Positions 31,058 to 40,236 of a stretch of 64,000 nucleotides of DNA are shown piece after piece (position 1 is the first letter of the stretch; each line of letters begins with the position of its first letter). This stretch comes from a virus, in the IMG/VR virus record IMGVR_UViG_3300025072_002799, positions 32,001-96,000 of that record; one strand, 5' to 3'. The translations under genes were made by a program, and so were the position numbers. The notes beneath the pieces were generated by a model, which saw only the letters and a program-made list of their open reading frames with translations, was not told the DNA's origin and searched no databases.

Positions 31058-32022
31058 AATCTTTCCTCTATTTGTTTGATATAATCTTCGTATAGCTCAA
31101 ATCCAGTATACAATCTTTTTAAGCCAATGCAAGCCAATGCTGTAGTTCCTGAACCCATAAATGGATCAAGAACCAAGTCTCCTTCGTCTGTGGTTAAAAG
31201 TATTAATTTCTCCACAATTTCAAGGGGATAAATTGCTGGATGCTTGGTTCCTTTAATGCTCTCAACGGGGCATTCTATTATATCTTTTAACATAGTCTTG
31301 CCAGATAATCTAATTACAGAAAAGCCGTTGTTTTTTATCTGGTTATTGCGACCGCCCTCCTGTCCACCAAACGCCAAAGCGTGAATGCCTCTGACTTTCA
31401 TCCTAAACCCACTGATTTTGCCACTTTTGACTTCATCTATGACAGCACCTAACTCATTAATAGCATTGCACTTCTCTTCTTCAGATAAATCAGAATTTTC
31501 TATAATTTTAAAATATTTACGCCCCACTTTAGTATCGGGATTTGGCTTATTTTCTTTAACCTTAGTCAACCTATCTCCGTAATACTTGTATTTGTTAGAT
31601 TTCACAAAATGAAAGAATGGTTCATGTGATGACACCATTCTTCGATTGAATTGACGTGGAACAGGGTTTGATTTAGACCAAGATATGTTGTTAATTAAAA
31701 TGGCGTCAGTTTCGTCTACCACTTTGGCTGCGAATCTATAAGGTGCCAATTGTAGCGAACTATTCAAATATTTATCGCCCATATTCCATATGATGCTTCC
31801 ATCTTCTTTTGTGACTCTAAGACACTCTCTGAACACTTCCAATAAAACATCAAGATATTCATCTAAATCACCCTCTTGACCTATCTCTTCTTTGTCTCCA
31901 TATTCTCTTTGTAAAAAATATGGTGGACTGGTAATTGTCAAATCAACTGTGTTGGTCGTTAAATTTTTAATTAGTTGACGGCAATCGCCTTGGATTATTT
32001 TATTTTTCACTATAGATTTCAC
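31039..32022 (-). CDS. DNA methyltransferase, beta class (SPPY, N4-C-like)
   Basis: 'ITSPPY' catalytic motif precedes 'HPA.YP...VLDPFMGSGTT'. Confidence 0.92.
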   Translation of the reverse strand: MKSIVKNKIIQGDCRQLIKNLTTNTVDLTITSPPYFLQREYGDKEEIGQEGDLDEYLDVLLEVFRECLRVTKEDGSIIWNMGDKYLNSSLQLAPYRFAAKVVDETDAILINNISWSKSNPVPRQFNRRMVSSHEPFFHFVKSNKYKYYGDRLTKVKENKPNPDTKVGRKYFKIIENSDLSEEEKCNAINELGAVIDEVKSGKISGFRMKVRGIHALAFGGQEGGRNNQIKNNGFSVIRLSGKTMLKDIIECPVESIKGTKHPAIYPLEIVEKLILLTTDEGDLVLDPFMGSGTTALACIGLKRLYTGFELYEDYIKQIEERLWQQKI

Positions 32023-32036
32023 TTTTTAATTACGAT

Positions 32037-32819
32037 ATGATTGACAACATGAATATAAATCACATATCTGTTTCAAGAGATTCTACTTGGAAACAATGCC
32101 AATATCAATATAAATTTAGATACCATGAAAAAATTCCTCGTCCTGGTGAAGAACCATTTTATTTCGTGTTTGGAAAACTTGTTCATAAGATATTAGAATT
32201 GTACGTAGAAGGCAAAGGTGAAGTTTCATCTGAGGAATGCACTCGTATGGTTTTAGAGGGGGAAGCAGAGCTTGAGCCAAATAAATTTGCGCCCCCTCTT
32301 AACGAATGGGCAAAAGGATACAAACCAAGACTTCCTCGTTGTGTTGCAAATGGAGTAAAACTAGCTGACAAAATGGGTTTTGGAAATGACATTCTAGAAC
32401 ACAAATTCCATTATGACCTAGATGGCGAAGGTCGTCACGTTATGGGATTCATTGATTGGCTAAAAGATCATGGAGATGGAAAATACACAGTCATTGATTA
32501 CAAAACCACAAAAAAAGGTCCGTTTAGGGAAACTGCTCAAACAGTGACCAAGAATCTTCAGCTTCGCACATACGCTCGCGTGGTACAAAAGGAATTTGGT
32601 GCCAAACCCGAAGATATACGTTGTGCTTTGTATTATCTTGAAGACGCTTCATTAATTGCTGCCAAGTTCAATGAAGAGTCGTTAGAGTTTGCAGAAAAGC
32701 AACTTTTGGAAGCATACAAGCAAATTGAACAAACTACCGCTGAAAAGGCTTGGCCAAATGTAGGTCGTCATTGCTCAAGATGCGATTACAAAACTTTATG
32801 CATGCATTACAATGTGTAA
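32037..32819 (+). CDS. PD-(D/E)XK nuclease, Cas4/RecB/AddB-like, with probable Fe-S cysteines
   Basis: 'GFID...VIDYKT', 'QL.TY', an N-terminal Cys and C-terminal 'C..C.Y...C'. Confidence 0.85.
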   Translation: MIDNMNINHISVSRDSTWKQCQYQYKFRYHEKIPRPGEEPFYFVFGKLVHKILELYVEGKGEVSSEECTRMVLEGEAELEPNKFAPPLNEWAKGYKPRLPRCVANGVKLADKMGFGNDILEHKFHYDLDGEGRHVMGFIDWLKDHGDGKYTVIDYKTTKKGPFRETAQTVTKNLQLRTYARVVQKEFGAKPEDIRCALYYLEDASLIAAKFNEESLEFAEKQLLEAYKQIEQTTAEKAWPNVGRHCSRCDYKTLCMHYNV

Positions 32820-33218
32820 TTACATGCCTTGTTGCATTGGTGGCAACTGAGCGTTCTGCGTAGGAATTTGTCCAGGCTGTTGCTGACCTTGCTGCTGTTG
32901 GTTTGGCTGCTGTTGCTGTTGCTGCTGTTGCTGCTGTTGTTGCTGTTGCTTCATCATTGCTTCAACTTCATGTTTTGGAAAGACAGCTTTGAATATATCA
33001 TCATAAACTGCTTTGTCCCCATATTGTTGAATCTGGCTCTGGAGAAAACCCTCTCTTTCTCTTCTAGCGACTTCATTGCTGAATAGGCTGTATTTGTTTG
33101 ACTGCGTGATCATCTGCTGTTGAGCGGGCGGCAATCCTTCAAATGCAGTCTTGGAGCTTTGTCCTATCTGACTTCCAGATAATTCTTGTTCTGTTAGAAA
33201 TGTTTTCCAGTTTAGCAT
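32820..33218 (-). CDS. Poly-Gln protein with capsid-targeting-like N-terminus
   Basis: Starts MLNWKTFLTE, has a long CAG/CAA tract, and CATAAATA upstream. Confidence 0.6.
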   Translation of the reverse strand: MLNWKTFLTEQELSGSQIGQSSKTAFEGLPPAQQQMITQSNKYSLFSNEVARREREGFLQSQIQQYGDKAVYDDIFKAVFPKHEVEAMMKQQQQQQQQQQQQQQPNQQQQGQQQPGQIPTQNAQLPPMQQGM

Positions 33219-33270
33219 GTTTTAGTCCTTTTGCAGAATCCTTTATTTATGCATCTAACTACATTATTGC

Positions 33271-34140
33271 ATGGCTAAAAATAACAGAACTATAATCCTA
33301 ACAGATGAAGACAGAAAACGTCTAAAGCCCCAAATTGGGCGTAATATTTTTAATTATGATTGCATGGAAATGGAATGGGAGAAAGATTCCATAGACATGT
33401 TGTTTTTGGACCCTCCCTACAATATGTCCAAAGACTTTGGGAAGATTAAATTCAAAAAACGAACTATAAATGATTATGGTGATTACACACATGCCATTAT
33501 AAATCATTTTTATCCTGCCATCAAAGAAGGCGGTTCAATCTTCTTTTGTGGAGATTGGCAAATGAGTTATAATATTTTCGAGGCGATGAACTCCCGTTTT
33601 GAAGTCAGAAATCGTCTTACGTGGCAACGTGAAAAAGGCAGAGGAAGCAAAACTAACTGGAAGGCTGGATGCGAAGACATTTGGTGGGCGACCAAAGGAA
33701 AAGATTATAAGTTTTATCCAGACCGCATAAAAGTTAGAAAACAAGTCATAGCTCCTTACAAAGAAGATGGGAAAGCCAAGGATTGGGATGAAAAAACAGG
33801 ATTCAGGGATACTGGGGCGTCAAATTTTTTAAATATATTTTCCGTCCCATTTTGGTCGATGCCAGAGAATACGCCACACAAAACCCAAAAACCTGAAAAA
33901 CTTTTGGCAATGCTTATGTTGGCTGTTACAGATGAGGGTGATACGGTTGTAGATCCATTTTTAGGGTCTGGAACCACTGCTGTCGTCTCTCAGAAACTTA
34001 ATCGCAATTTCTCAGGGTGTGACATTGATGAAGATTGGTGTCTTTATGCTCTAAAGCGCATGGAGTCTGAAGATAAATCCATTCAAGGATACAATGATGG
34101 CGTGTTTTGGGAAAGAAATACTTTAAAGTATCAAAAATAA
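33271..34140 (+). CDS. DNA adenine methyltransferase, beta class (DPPY)
   Basis: 'FLDPPYN', 'HKTQKPE' and 'VVDPFLGSGTT'. Confidence 0.92.
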   Translation: MAKNNRTIILTDEDRKRLKPQIGRNIFNYDCMEMEWEKDSIDMLFLDPPYNMSKDFGKIKFKKRTINDYGDYTHAIINHFYPAIKEGGSIFFCGDWQMSYNIFEAMNSRFEVRNRLTWQREKGRGSKTNWKAGCEDIWWATKGKDYKFYPDRIKVRKQVIAPYKEDGKAKDWDEKTGFRDTGASNFLNIFSVPFWSMPENTPHKTQKPEKLLAMLMLAVTDEGDTVVDPFLGSGTTAVVSQKLNRNFSGCDIDEDWCLYALKRMESEDKSIQGYNDGVFWERNTLKYQK

Positions 34141-34142
34141 AA

Positions 34143-34265
34143 CTACTTTGGCGTTTTATTTTTAGCTATTCTTGCCTTATGCTCTAAAAGCTTCTTTTTT
34201 GAGGTTGGCTTCTTAGTTTTCCTACTTCTTCCTCTTCCGCCTCCTCCGCCTTTGCCACAACACAT
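34143..34265 (-). CDS. Small basic protein, 40 aa (not in the ORF track)
   Basis: Manual translation gives MCCGKGGGGGRGRSRKTKKPTSKKKLLEHKARIAKNKTPK, with AAGGA upstream. Confidence 0.45.
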   Translation of the reverse strand: MCCGKGGGGGRGRSRKTKKPTSKKKLLEHKARIAKNKTPK

Positions 34266-34370
34266 ATATTTGCCATTCCTTATCTCTGAGCGTCCCATAT
34301 GGGGCGTTTAATTAATTATTTGGAATCCTAGAGGTAAATTAGCCGAATCGCTCATATGGGGCTTCTGGGG

Positions 34371-34571
34371 TCATTTTTTGCTTTGTTTCTTCTTTTGCTT
34401 CTTTTTCATTGCTTTTTCGTTCCCTGGCAATGGTTCCATGTCATATTGGGGCATTGCTCCCGTTCCTTTCTTGGCTTGATCTCTAACTATGCGATCTGGT
34501 CTTTGCTGCGGTGGAGCAAGCCCATAGTTATCACCAATTTCCAACTTAATTAGCCATTTTTTGAATTCCAT
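34371..34571 (-). CDS. Small basic protein with capsid-targeting-like N-terminus
   Basis: Starts MEFKKWLIKLE and has a Lys-rich C-terminus. Confidence 0.55.
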   Translation of the reverse strand: MEFKKWLIKLEIGDNYGLAPPQQRPDRIVRDQAKKGTGAMPQYDMEPLPGNEKAMKKKQKKKQSKK

Positions 34572-34587
34572 AACTTTATATATAATT

Positions 34588-35091
34588 ATGGCAGACTTTC
34601 ACTTAATGACAATTTTGGAAATAGAGCAGATCCGTGATGGCAAAGTCATCTGGCAAGCTCAAAATTTAAAAAACGTTCTTCATGACTTGGGCGAAAAATA
34701 TATTTTAGATGCAGCATTTACAGACACCACTGTTGTGCCAACTAATTTCTATTTTGGTTTAGACAATCGCACATCTGTAGATGCATCAGATACTATGGCT
34801 GATTTGACTGATGAGCCAAGCACTAATGGATATGCAAGACAGTCTATTAGTTCCGATGGAGAATTCACTGTTGCCCTGAATGACAGCAGCATTTATGAGG
34901 CAACCAGTCCCATAATTAACTTTTCCGCTTCAGGAGGTTCGTGGGGTCCAGTTAATGCTTTGTTTTTAACTACGTCCGCTACTGGTAGTGGGATTTTAAT
35001 TGCGACCGTAAGTTTAACTTCATCGTTAACTGCGAACAGTGGAGATTCTTTCAATATGAGATTAGGCTTAGCCCTTAGTGGCGGATCTTAA
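34588..35091 (+). CDS. Minor tail / structural protein
   Basis: 'EPS.NGYARQ.I...INF.ASGGSWG.V' motif, common in phage tail proteins. Confidence 0.65.
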   Translation: MADFHLMTILEIEQIRDGKVIWQAQNLKNVLHDLGEKYILDAAFTDTTVVPTNFYFGLDNRTSVDASDTMADLTDEPSTNGYARQSISSDGEFTVALNDSSIYEATSPIINFSASGGSWGPVNALFLTTSATGSGILIATVSLTSSLTANSGDSFNMRLGLALSGGS

Positions 35092-35591
35092 AAGCAAAGC
35101 GACTCTTCTAGATCTGTTACATCTTTGATTTCTACATAATTCTTAATCATAAGCATCTTTTCACTTTTGATTCTTTTATTATGCTGAGTCCAATGTAGAT
35201 GTTTTCCTCCTCCATCAATTGGATCAAGAAGGAATTCGCTATTAAGTGGTATTTTGTTATCTGTATACCATTCGCTTCTCTCTTCCTCTGACATACTCCT
35301 CCACTTATCTAAGGGGACTTGATCTCTTTTGAAATTTTCTGGGAGTTGCGGAAGATTGAATTGATAGCCATCTTTTATTGTGTAAATGATAGGATCGTCT
35401 TCTTTTTTGTTTTCTATAATATATCTACAAAAAACTTCCGTGGCTGGTTCAGAAGTGTTGCCACGATAAAACCAAACAGGCAGTGAAACTCCTGTAGCTT
35501 CAACTCTTACGCCTTTGTGCAACGCATAGCGATCTTGTTTTGTAAGATATATGTAATGAGACAGTGATAATACTATTTGCTTTCTTGCCAT
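35088..35591 (-). CDS. Hypothetical protein
   Basis: ORF with CATAAATA 13 nt upstream. Confidence 0.55.
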   Translation of the reverse strand: MARKQIVLSLSHYIYLTKQDRYALHKGVRVEATGVSLPVWFYRGNTSEPATEVFCRYIIENKKEDDPIIYTIKDGYQFNLPQLPENFKRDQVPLDKWRSMSEEERSEWYTDNKIPLNSEFLLDPIDGGGKHLHWTQHNKRIKSEKMLMIKNYVEIKDVTDLEESLCF

Positions 35592-35696
35592 TATCTAATG
35601 TAGTTATTTATGCTTCATTCATAAAATAAACAGCGCACACATATGCCAAAATACATATATACTATGTTATTATGGCAATTAAAGAGGTGGTAGAAT

Positions 35697-36614
35697 ATGA
35701 AGAAATATAAAGAATGGACTCTAGGCGTTATTTCTATTTTAGGTCTTATTATTTTAAGCGTTGCATTTGCACCTGATGAAAACAAAATACTTTACAATCA
35801 CCCTCTTGACAACATGCCAGTTGTTGACGGTCCTGTCTACAAAACAAACACTGTTGCCCCACAGGAAGATAGAGGAGAAGAATATCGCACATGGCTTGCA
35901 GCCAGTGTAAGAGTTAAGGTTGGCAAATTTTATGGCTCTGGAACAATCTGTTATTACGATGCAGAAAAAAAGGAAGCGTGGGTCATTTCATGTGGTCACT
36001 TATGGAGTGGAACAAAAAATGCTGGCGCTTTAAATATGGGTACGGCAGAAATATCTGCTTGGTATCACAATGAAAAAAAGCTTGCTTTTCCAAAAAAGTA
36101 TAAAGCGAAAGTAATCTTTTACAGTAACACAAAAGGATATGATGTATCGTTGCTGAAATTCACTCCAGATTGGGAACCCGAATATTTTACAATTGCTCAA
36201 TCAGATTATAAAATTGAAGTCGGCAAAACATATCATTCTACAGGATGTGATTCAAGCAAAGAGGTCGCAAGATATGAAGTTGAAATTTTAACAGTTGGAT
36301 CTCGACCTGGAGTTGACACAAGAGCAAAAAAAAATAGCCCACGACCTGGAAGATCAGGAGGGGGGCTACTTACAAATGATGGATATTACATTGGCACATG
36401 TTGGGGAACAACGGATAAAGTAAATGGAAACGGACAAGGAATATTCACATCAATACCTTCGATTAGGAAACATTTCAAAAGTCAGGGATATGAATGGTTA
36501 TTGAATTTAACGCCACCTAATGGCGCTAGAACAATTCCTATAATAGACAGGAACAATCCTGGCGCAAGGTTTCCAATAGATTATATTCCATTTCCATTCA
36601 GGAATATGTTTTAG
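35697..36614 (+). CDS. Exported trypsin-like (S1) serine protease
   Basis: N-terminal hydrophobic segment and catalytic triad motifs 'SCGHL', 'DVSLL' and 'GRSGGGL'. Confidence 0.88.
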   Translation: MKKYKEWTLGVISILGLIILSVAFAPDENKILYNHPLDNMPVVDGPVYKTNTVAPQEDRGEEYRTWLAASVRVKVGKFYGSGTICYYDAEKKEAWVISCGHLWSGTKNAGALNMGTAEISAWYHNEKKLAFPKKYKAKVIFYSNTKGYDVSLLKFTPDWEPEYFTIAQSDYKIEVGKTYHSTGCDSSKEVARYEVEILTVGSRPGVDTRAKKNSPRPGRSGGGLLTNDGYYIGTCWGTTDKVNGNGQGIFTSIPSIRKHFKSQGYEWLLNLTPPNGARTIPIIDRNNPGARFPIDYIPFPFRNMF

Positions 36615-36838
36615 TCCCAGTTGTCGGTATCATCGCCGTGCCAATATATATCTTCGTCAAAATCGTCATCATCATCGTCGTCGTCGTTCCAATCGTCCTC
36701 TGATTCATCGTCTAAATCGTCTTCGTCTTCATCTTCGTCATCTTCTAGATCCTCATCATCTTCCTCAATCCAATCATCGTCATCTGAGCAACGAATTGCA
36801 CCTTTTTGCCAATTACCAAATTCTTCTTCATACTTCAT
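36611..36838 (-). CDS. Very acidic small protein
   Basis: 75 aa dominated by Asp/Glu with spaced Trp residues. Confidence 0.55.
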   Translation of the reverse strand: MKYEEEFGNWQKGAIRCSDDDDWIEEDDEDLEDDEDEDEDDLDDESEDDWNDDDDDDDDFDEDIYWHGDDTDNWD

Positions 36839-36891
36839 AGTTTTGTATCCTAAATATCACGAGACGCTAATTTTACATATAGGGAGTTTTT

Positions 36892-37317
36892 ATGAAAAAT
36901 TTTTCAACAATTTTTATACTTTTTTTAGCCTTAACCGTATCAGGATGCGGCTTTGAATTCATTGCAGCGCCTATAATTAGCGGTGTAATCATGTGGTATG
37001 AGGGCGAAGCAAATAAATATTATAACTATGAGTCTGAGGTAATGTACAGGGCTGTTAAGAGAACTGCGGAAGAATTAAATTTCGAAATACATGAGAATAG
37101 ATCGCCTGATTCTGATGGAGATTCTTATGTTGCTGTAGGAGAAAATGACAGATTCAAGATAACAATTAGTAAAATTGAATCAAACATAACACTTGTTGCA
37201 ATTAGAATAAATTTTATGGGTGACAAACCTTATGCAGAGTTGTTTTACGAAAGATTAGACAATCAGGTTAATACTATTGCATTCGAAAATGGAGTTCCAG
37301 TTGCTAATAAACATTAA
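36892..37317 (+). CDS. Lipoprotein, DUF3568-like
   Basis: Lipobox 'LTVSGC', with 'YRAVKR...ELN...KITI..I..NIT.V.IRIN.MGD' downstream. Confidence 0.65.
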   Translation: MKNFSTIFILFLALTVSGCGFEFIAAPIISGVIMWYEGEANKYYNYESEVMYRAVKRTAEELNFEIHENRSPDSDGDSYVAVGENDRFKITISKIESNITLVAIRINFMGDKPYAELFYERLDNQVNTIAFENGVPVANKH

Positions 37318-37323
37318 TGTTTA

Positions 37324-37530
37324 TTAGCAACCTCTGATTCTAGCATTGCAGCAAGACTTGATTGTTTTGCCACAACAAGATTTAATGCTAATAGAACATC
37401 CTCGTTTAACTGGGGATGAATCAGTTTCTTCTTTTTCGTCTGTCTTTCCGCAACAACCAGTGTTGTTTGCTGATTTGTATTCTCCCTCAGACATCCCTTT
37501 TCCAACGCCAGTAATTGATGTTGCACCCAT
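37324..37530 (-). CDS. Small Cys-rich protein
   Basis: MGATSITGVG...GCCG...SCCG...SCC...GC, coupled by TAATG to the metalloprotease gene. Confidence 0.55.
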   Translation of the reverse strand: MGATSITGVGKGMSEGEYKSANNTGCCGKTDEKEETDSSPVKRGCSISIKSCCGKTIKSCCNARIRGC

Positions 37531-38975
37531 TAGTGTCCTCCGCAATTGCAAACAATTAAATTTCTGTTTATTTTATTTTCTACAATCTCAAACATTGAAT
37601 CTTCGCCATTAACTAGATCATGCTGAGATATGAAGTTTAAGCAGTTTGATGCATCACTGACAATTTCTCTGTCTGAACTTTGCAAGTGATGAATTAATTG
37701 TCCATTCTCGTCAACATCATAATAAATGTCTCCAGCCACTTCTATTTCACAATCATATAAAGGATTATGAACCATGGCTGATATTCCCAACTTGTCGGAC
37801 AACCTAATTGTTGTGTTTCTCTGACATCTAACGATCTTTCCATGCTCGCCTTCAATAACATCTGTTCCTTGAGCAAGAAGGTATTCCATTTTTTGTCCAT
37901 CTATTTTTTTTGCCAACATCTTTATTTGTGGGCGTAAAATTTTTCTTTTTATAAACACACCCTGCAATATATTTTTGTGTTCCCCGCCTTCGATACGAGA
38001 AACTGAAACCATCGCATTTGCAATTGCATTATAAAATTTTGTAGTTCTTGGAGCAACTTTTAACCCCTCTACAACATACCCATATGCTGCACTTACGGCA
38101 ACTTTCATGGCTTCCTTTTGCGACATTCTTTTTGACTCAAATTCATAAATCCCTACCATAATGTCGTACCACGCCGCAACAAACAATCTTCCGAAGTTAT
38201 GGCATTCGCCACCAAGCTTGTCTTGTCCAGGGTTATGTGGCAACTTGTGTGGAGGTGCATAAGTGAAATTGTTGATTGCATTTCGCAACGCTCCTGGCTT
38301 GAAGCCCCTTCTGGAATATGCTATAGCATTTCCCATTTCTTCTGCGATTCTAGATATGACATTGTGTTTTCTCAAATCTCCTTTAGTTTCTTTAAGAGCA
38401 TGTTCTAGAACGCCATCATAAAGCATGACGGTTGCAATCGCATTAATATCTCCAAATGCTTCGTGGAATGCCCATATTTCACTTGCTTGCACGTTCCAAA
38501 AATCGGGGCGCATTGAATCCAATAAAGCGTGACCCAATTCATGTGCAACAACATCAACTGAATCTGCCGTAAACACATCTTTCCCATTGACTTTCTTATG
38601 AAAGAATTTCAAGTTTTTTCGATCATAAAATGCATTCAATTGCTTTCCTGCGGTTGGGTGAACTTTAAGCAGTTTGGTTGCTGCCCATTTTTTAGTTTTT
38701 TCTCTATAGCTAGAAAAATGATCAATAGAGTTTACCATTGTTGCGTAAACATTCGCCGCTCTACCATGCGAAGTTCCAGCCTCTAGGTGCTTCGGATTGA
38801 ATCCATTAACTTTGAAATTTAGTATATTTGGCTTCTTTGGAACTGGAATTTCAACCGTTAGTCCTGGGGTTGTTGGGTCATTTAATTGATAATTAATCAT
38901 ATCTTTGTTGACATGAGCCGCAACATCTGTCTTGTTTTCGCAACAAGAGAACATATTTTTAAAAATTTCTAGCAT
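37530..38975 (-). CDS. Thermolysin/fungalysin-like (M4/M36) zinc metalloprotease
   Basis: 'NAFY', 'DVVAHELGH', third ligand 'AFHEAFGD', and 'ECH'. Confidence 0.85.
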   Translation of the reverse strand: MLEIFKNMFSCCENKTDVAAHVNKDMINYQLNDPTTPGLTVEIPVPKKPNILNFKVNGFNPKHLEAGTSHGRAANVYATMVNSIDHFSSYREKTKKWAATKLLKVHPTAGKQLNAFYDRKNLKFFHKKVNGKDVFTADSVDVVAHELGHALLDSMRPDFWNVQASEIWAFHEAFGDINAIATVMLYDGVLEHALKETKGDLRKHNVISRIAEEMGNAIAYSRRGFKPGALRNAINNFTYAPPHKLPHNPGQDKLGGECHNFGRLFVAAWYDIMVGIYEFESKRMSQKEAMKVAVSAAYGYVVEGLKVAPRTTKFYNAIANAMVSVSRIEGGEHKNILQGVFIKRKILRPQIKMLAKKIDGQKMEYLLAQGTDVIEGEHGKIVRCQRNTTIRLSDKLGISAMVHNPLYDCEIEVAGDIYYDVDENGQLIHHLQSSDREIVSDASNCLNFISQHDLVNGEDSMFEIVENKINRNLIVCNCGGH

Positions 38976-39020
38976 AATTACCTCGATAAGTGATCTATTT
39001 TATATGTAGGGGTAATAAGA

Positions 39021-39542
39021 GTGTTTGAGTGGCTTAGAGTCAGAAGAAAAAAACAAATCAATTCAATAGGTCGTGCTAAGAATGAGTTTGAGAGAGAGAT
39101 AGAAAATCTAATAGGCAAAAAAGAATACGATGAATTCAAAAAATTTGCCTTCAAAAAAAGCATGACAGAGATGGCAATTGCCTTCATGTTAGGCGCTGCT
39201 TTTAAGAAGCTGATAACTTCTCTCTCCGACAACTTGGTAATGCCCCTTGTGAATTTTATAATCGCCGCAACTGGAGAAGATTGGAGATTATGGGAGTTTG
39301 CTCCAATAGAAGGTCTGACATTTGAGACAGGGCAGTTTTTAGGATCTTTTGTTGATTTCATTCTTTTATCAATAATTCTATATTTACTTTATAGAAAATT
39401 TATCGCCCCAATATTGGCAGAGGAAGAGAAAAACGAAATAACTGTAGTGGACACAATTGAATGTCCCAACTGTTACGAGAGAGTTTTCTACAAATCAAAA
39501 GTATGCAAATTTTGCACTAGAGAAATCAAGTTGTTTGATTAG
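39021..39542 (+). CDS. mscL: Large-conductance mechanosensitive channel with C-terminal Zn ribbon
   Basis: 'EFKKFAFK....MAIAFMLGAAF.KL..SL..NLVMP', 'GQFLG..VDF' and 'CP.C...C.FC'. Confidence 0.85.
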   Translation: MFEWLRVRRKKQINSIGRAKNEFEREIENLIGKKEYDEFKKFAFKKSMTEMAIAFMLGAAFKKLITSLSDNLVMPLVNFIIAATGEDWRLWEFAPIEGLTFETGQFLGSFVDFILLSIILYLLYRKFIAPILAEEEKNEITVVDTIECPNCYERVFYKSKVCKFCTREIKLFD

Positions 39543-39550
39543 GTAATAAT

Positions 39551-40108
39551 ATGAGTCAGTACGAAGAACAAATACGTAAGGAAAGGACTTTTGAGGCCAT
39601 TAGAAAGAATTTAATGGGCAAAAGTGGCAAAGTAAGTGCCATCGCAATGATTATGGGATCTCCGATGATTGCAGATGGAGGATCTGACATGACGTTTATG
39701 GATAAGCCTTGGGAGGACATGGACGACAATGCCATCCCATACTTTGGGGATTCATCGTCTTATTTAAGAGGATGGATATGGGATGGACTAAGAGAAGGAA
39801 TTCACATGGAGATAAAAGTGGACGGATATTGCGATGAATTTGACCGACCAGACAAATTCATACTAAGCGAAATAAAAGTATCATTTGAGGGATACCCTGT
39901 ATATCACGAAAGTAGTGGAACGCTACAACTCTACACGCCTAAGCATCCCATAGTTGGATTGTGGGAAGGAAATATTGATCGACTTTATGAAAGGGCTTTG
40001 ACAATGCGAAAAAGAAATGTCAAACTTAGCGAAACTGAAGAGAAGGCGAAAGAAAAAAGTTTCGCTGCCAAGATGTTGGAAAAGCTTACAATGAAGTGGG
40101 GCGATTAA
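39551..40108 (+). CDS. Hypothetical protein
   Basis: ORF with SD AGGT, followed by a terminator. Confidence 0.6.
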   Translation: MSQYEEQIRKERTFEAIRKNLMGKSGKVSAIAMIMGSPMIADGGSDMTFMDKPWEDMDDNAIPYFGDSSSYLRGWIWDGLREGIHMEIKVDGYCDEFDRPDKFILSEIKVSFEGYPVYHESSGTLQLYTPKHPIVGLWEGNIDRLYERALTMRKRNVKLSETEEKAKEKSFAAKMLEKLTMKWGD

Positions 40109-40137
40109 AAAACCCTATTGTTTCCAATAGGGTTTTT
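40107..40137. terminator. Bidirectional terminator
   Basis: AAAAACCCTATTG-TTTC-CAATAGGGTTTTT between convergent genes. Confidence 0.85.
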
Positions 40138-40236
40138 GCATCAAATATCTGCTTTTCTTAAAGTGTGTGACTTTTGCAGATTTACTTACATAGACGATAA
40201 ATTTATCAAAGTTGTGAAGTTTATATTCTCCCCAAT

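Noticed and set aside
32037-32819. Cas4-like gene as part of a CRISPR-Cas locus
   Set aside because: No array or other cas gene is visible, and solo Cas4/RecB-like nucleases are common in phages.
36621-36956. Poly-Ser ORF on the plus strand, and similarly the poly-Leu ORF at 32829-33086 and the Ala/Ile ORF at 41775-42074
   Set aside because: These are antisense shadows of low-complexity Asp/Glu, Gln and Gly/Asp coding on the opposite strand.
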